Shown: one piece after another, positions 63,197 through 64,000 of the stretch | Layout: the number at the start of each line of letters is the position of its first letter | Position numbering within the stretch: the first letter of the stretch is position 1 | Assembly: GCA_051313645.2 (NCBI GenBank) | Contig: JBNRSN020000006.1 | Span: forward strand, 50,468,001 to 50,532,000 | DNA from: Centroscyllium fabricii | Lineage: Eukaryota | Direction of reading: 5' to 3' | Length of the DNA stretch: 64,000 nucleotides | Position numbers and translations under genes: made by a program | Notes under the pieces: model-generated | Told to the model about the DNA's origin: nothing | What the model saw: only the letters and a program-made list of their open reading frames with translations | The model's database searches: none

Positions 63197-64000
63197 AAAC
63201 ATAGAAACATAGAAGATTGGAGCAGGAGTAGGCCATTTGGCCCTTCGAGCCTGCTCCGCCATTCAATGCGATCATCGCTGATCATCCAAATTCAGTACCC
63301 GGTCCCTGCTTTCTCCCCATACCCCTTGATCCCTTTAGCATTAAGAAATATATCCAACTCCTTCTTGAATATATTTAATGTATTGGCCTCTACTGCCTTC
63401 TGTGGTAGAGAATTCCACAGGTTCACCACTCTCTGGGTGAAGCAATTCCTCCTCATTTCTGTCCTAAATGGCCTACCCCTTATCCTTAGACTGTGATCCC
63501 TGGTTCTGGACTCCACAACCATCGGGAACATCCTTCCTGCATCTAGTCTGTCCAGTCCTGTCAGAATTTTATAAGTTTCAATGAGATCCCCTCTCATTCT
63601 TCTAAACTCCAGCGAGTACAAGCCCAATCGACCCAATCTCTCCTCATACGTCATTCCTGCCATCCCAGGTGTCAGCCTGGTGAATCTTCGCTGAACTACC
63701 TCCATGGCAAGAACATCCTTCCTCAGATAAGGCGACCAAAACTGCACACAACACTCGGTGTGGTCTCACCAAGGCCCTGCACAACTGCAGCAGGACATCC
63801 TTGTTCCTGTATTCAAACCCTCTCGCTACGAAGGCCAACATACCATTTGCCTTCTTAACCGCACGCTGCACCTGCATGCTTACCTTCAGCAACTGATGCA
63901 CAAGGACGCCCAGGTCTCGTTGCACTTCCCCTTCTGCCAATCTATTGCCATTCAGATAATAATCTGCTTTCCTGTTTTTGCCACCGAAGTGAATAACCTC
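63197..64000 (-). mobile_element. CR1 (HER1-like) LINE 3' portion, continuing past the window edge
   Basis: QRDLGVLVH, QFWSPYLRKD, LEFRRMRGDLIETY; its tail matches the HE1-like SINE tails. Confidence 0.9.

Overview
Repeat-dense vertebrate genomic DNA, very likely from a cartilaginous fish (shark). This is inferred from HE1/V-SINE-type SINEs with CR1 tails, a DeuSINE and abundant CR1/L2 LINEs. No host protein-coding gene could be identified. The window is a nested mosaic of: two near-full-length Gypsy LTR retrotransposons (a Mag-like element at 31654-36750 and a CsRn1-clade element at 54764-59172); an internally deleted Gypsy and several solo LTRs; decayed PIF/Harbinger transposons (Myb/SANT plus HARBI1-type DDE nuclease) and many Harbinger-type MITEs; a pogo/Tigger-type MITE; a hAT MITE; CR1, L2, Rex1, RTE-X-like and Tx1-like LINE fragments; SINEs; and Penelope-like pseudo-LTRs carrying minimal hammerhead ribozymes. 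The most notable observation concerns the Mag-like Gypsy group. It lacks a tRNA primer-binding site. Instead, the sequence just after the 5' LTR is a perfect reverse complement of the element's own poly(A)-signal region in the LTR, and a second family in the window shows a matching co-varied remnant. The same element has a YLDN RT motif. Together these suggest tRNA-independent self-priming or a poly(A)-occlusion switch. Family names come from recognising motifs by eye, not from database searches.
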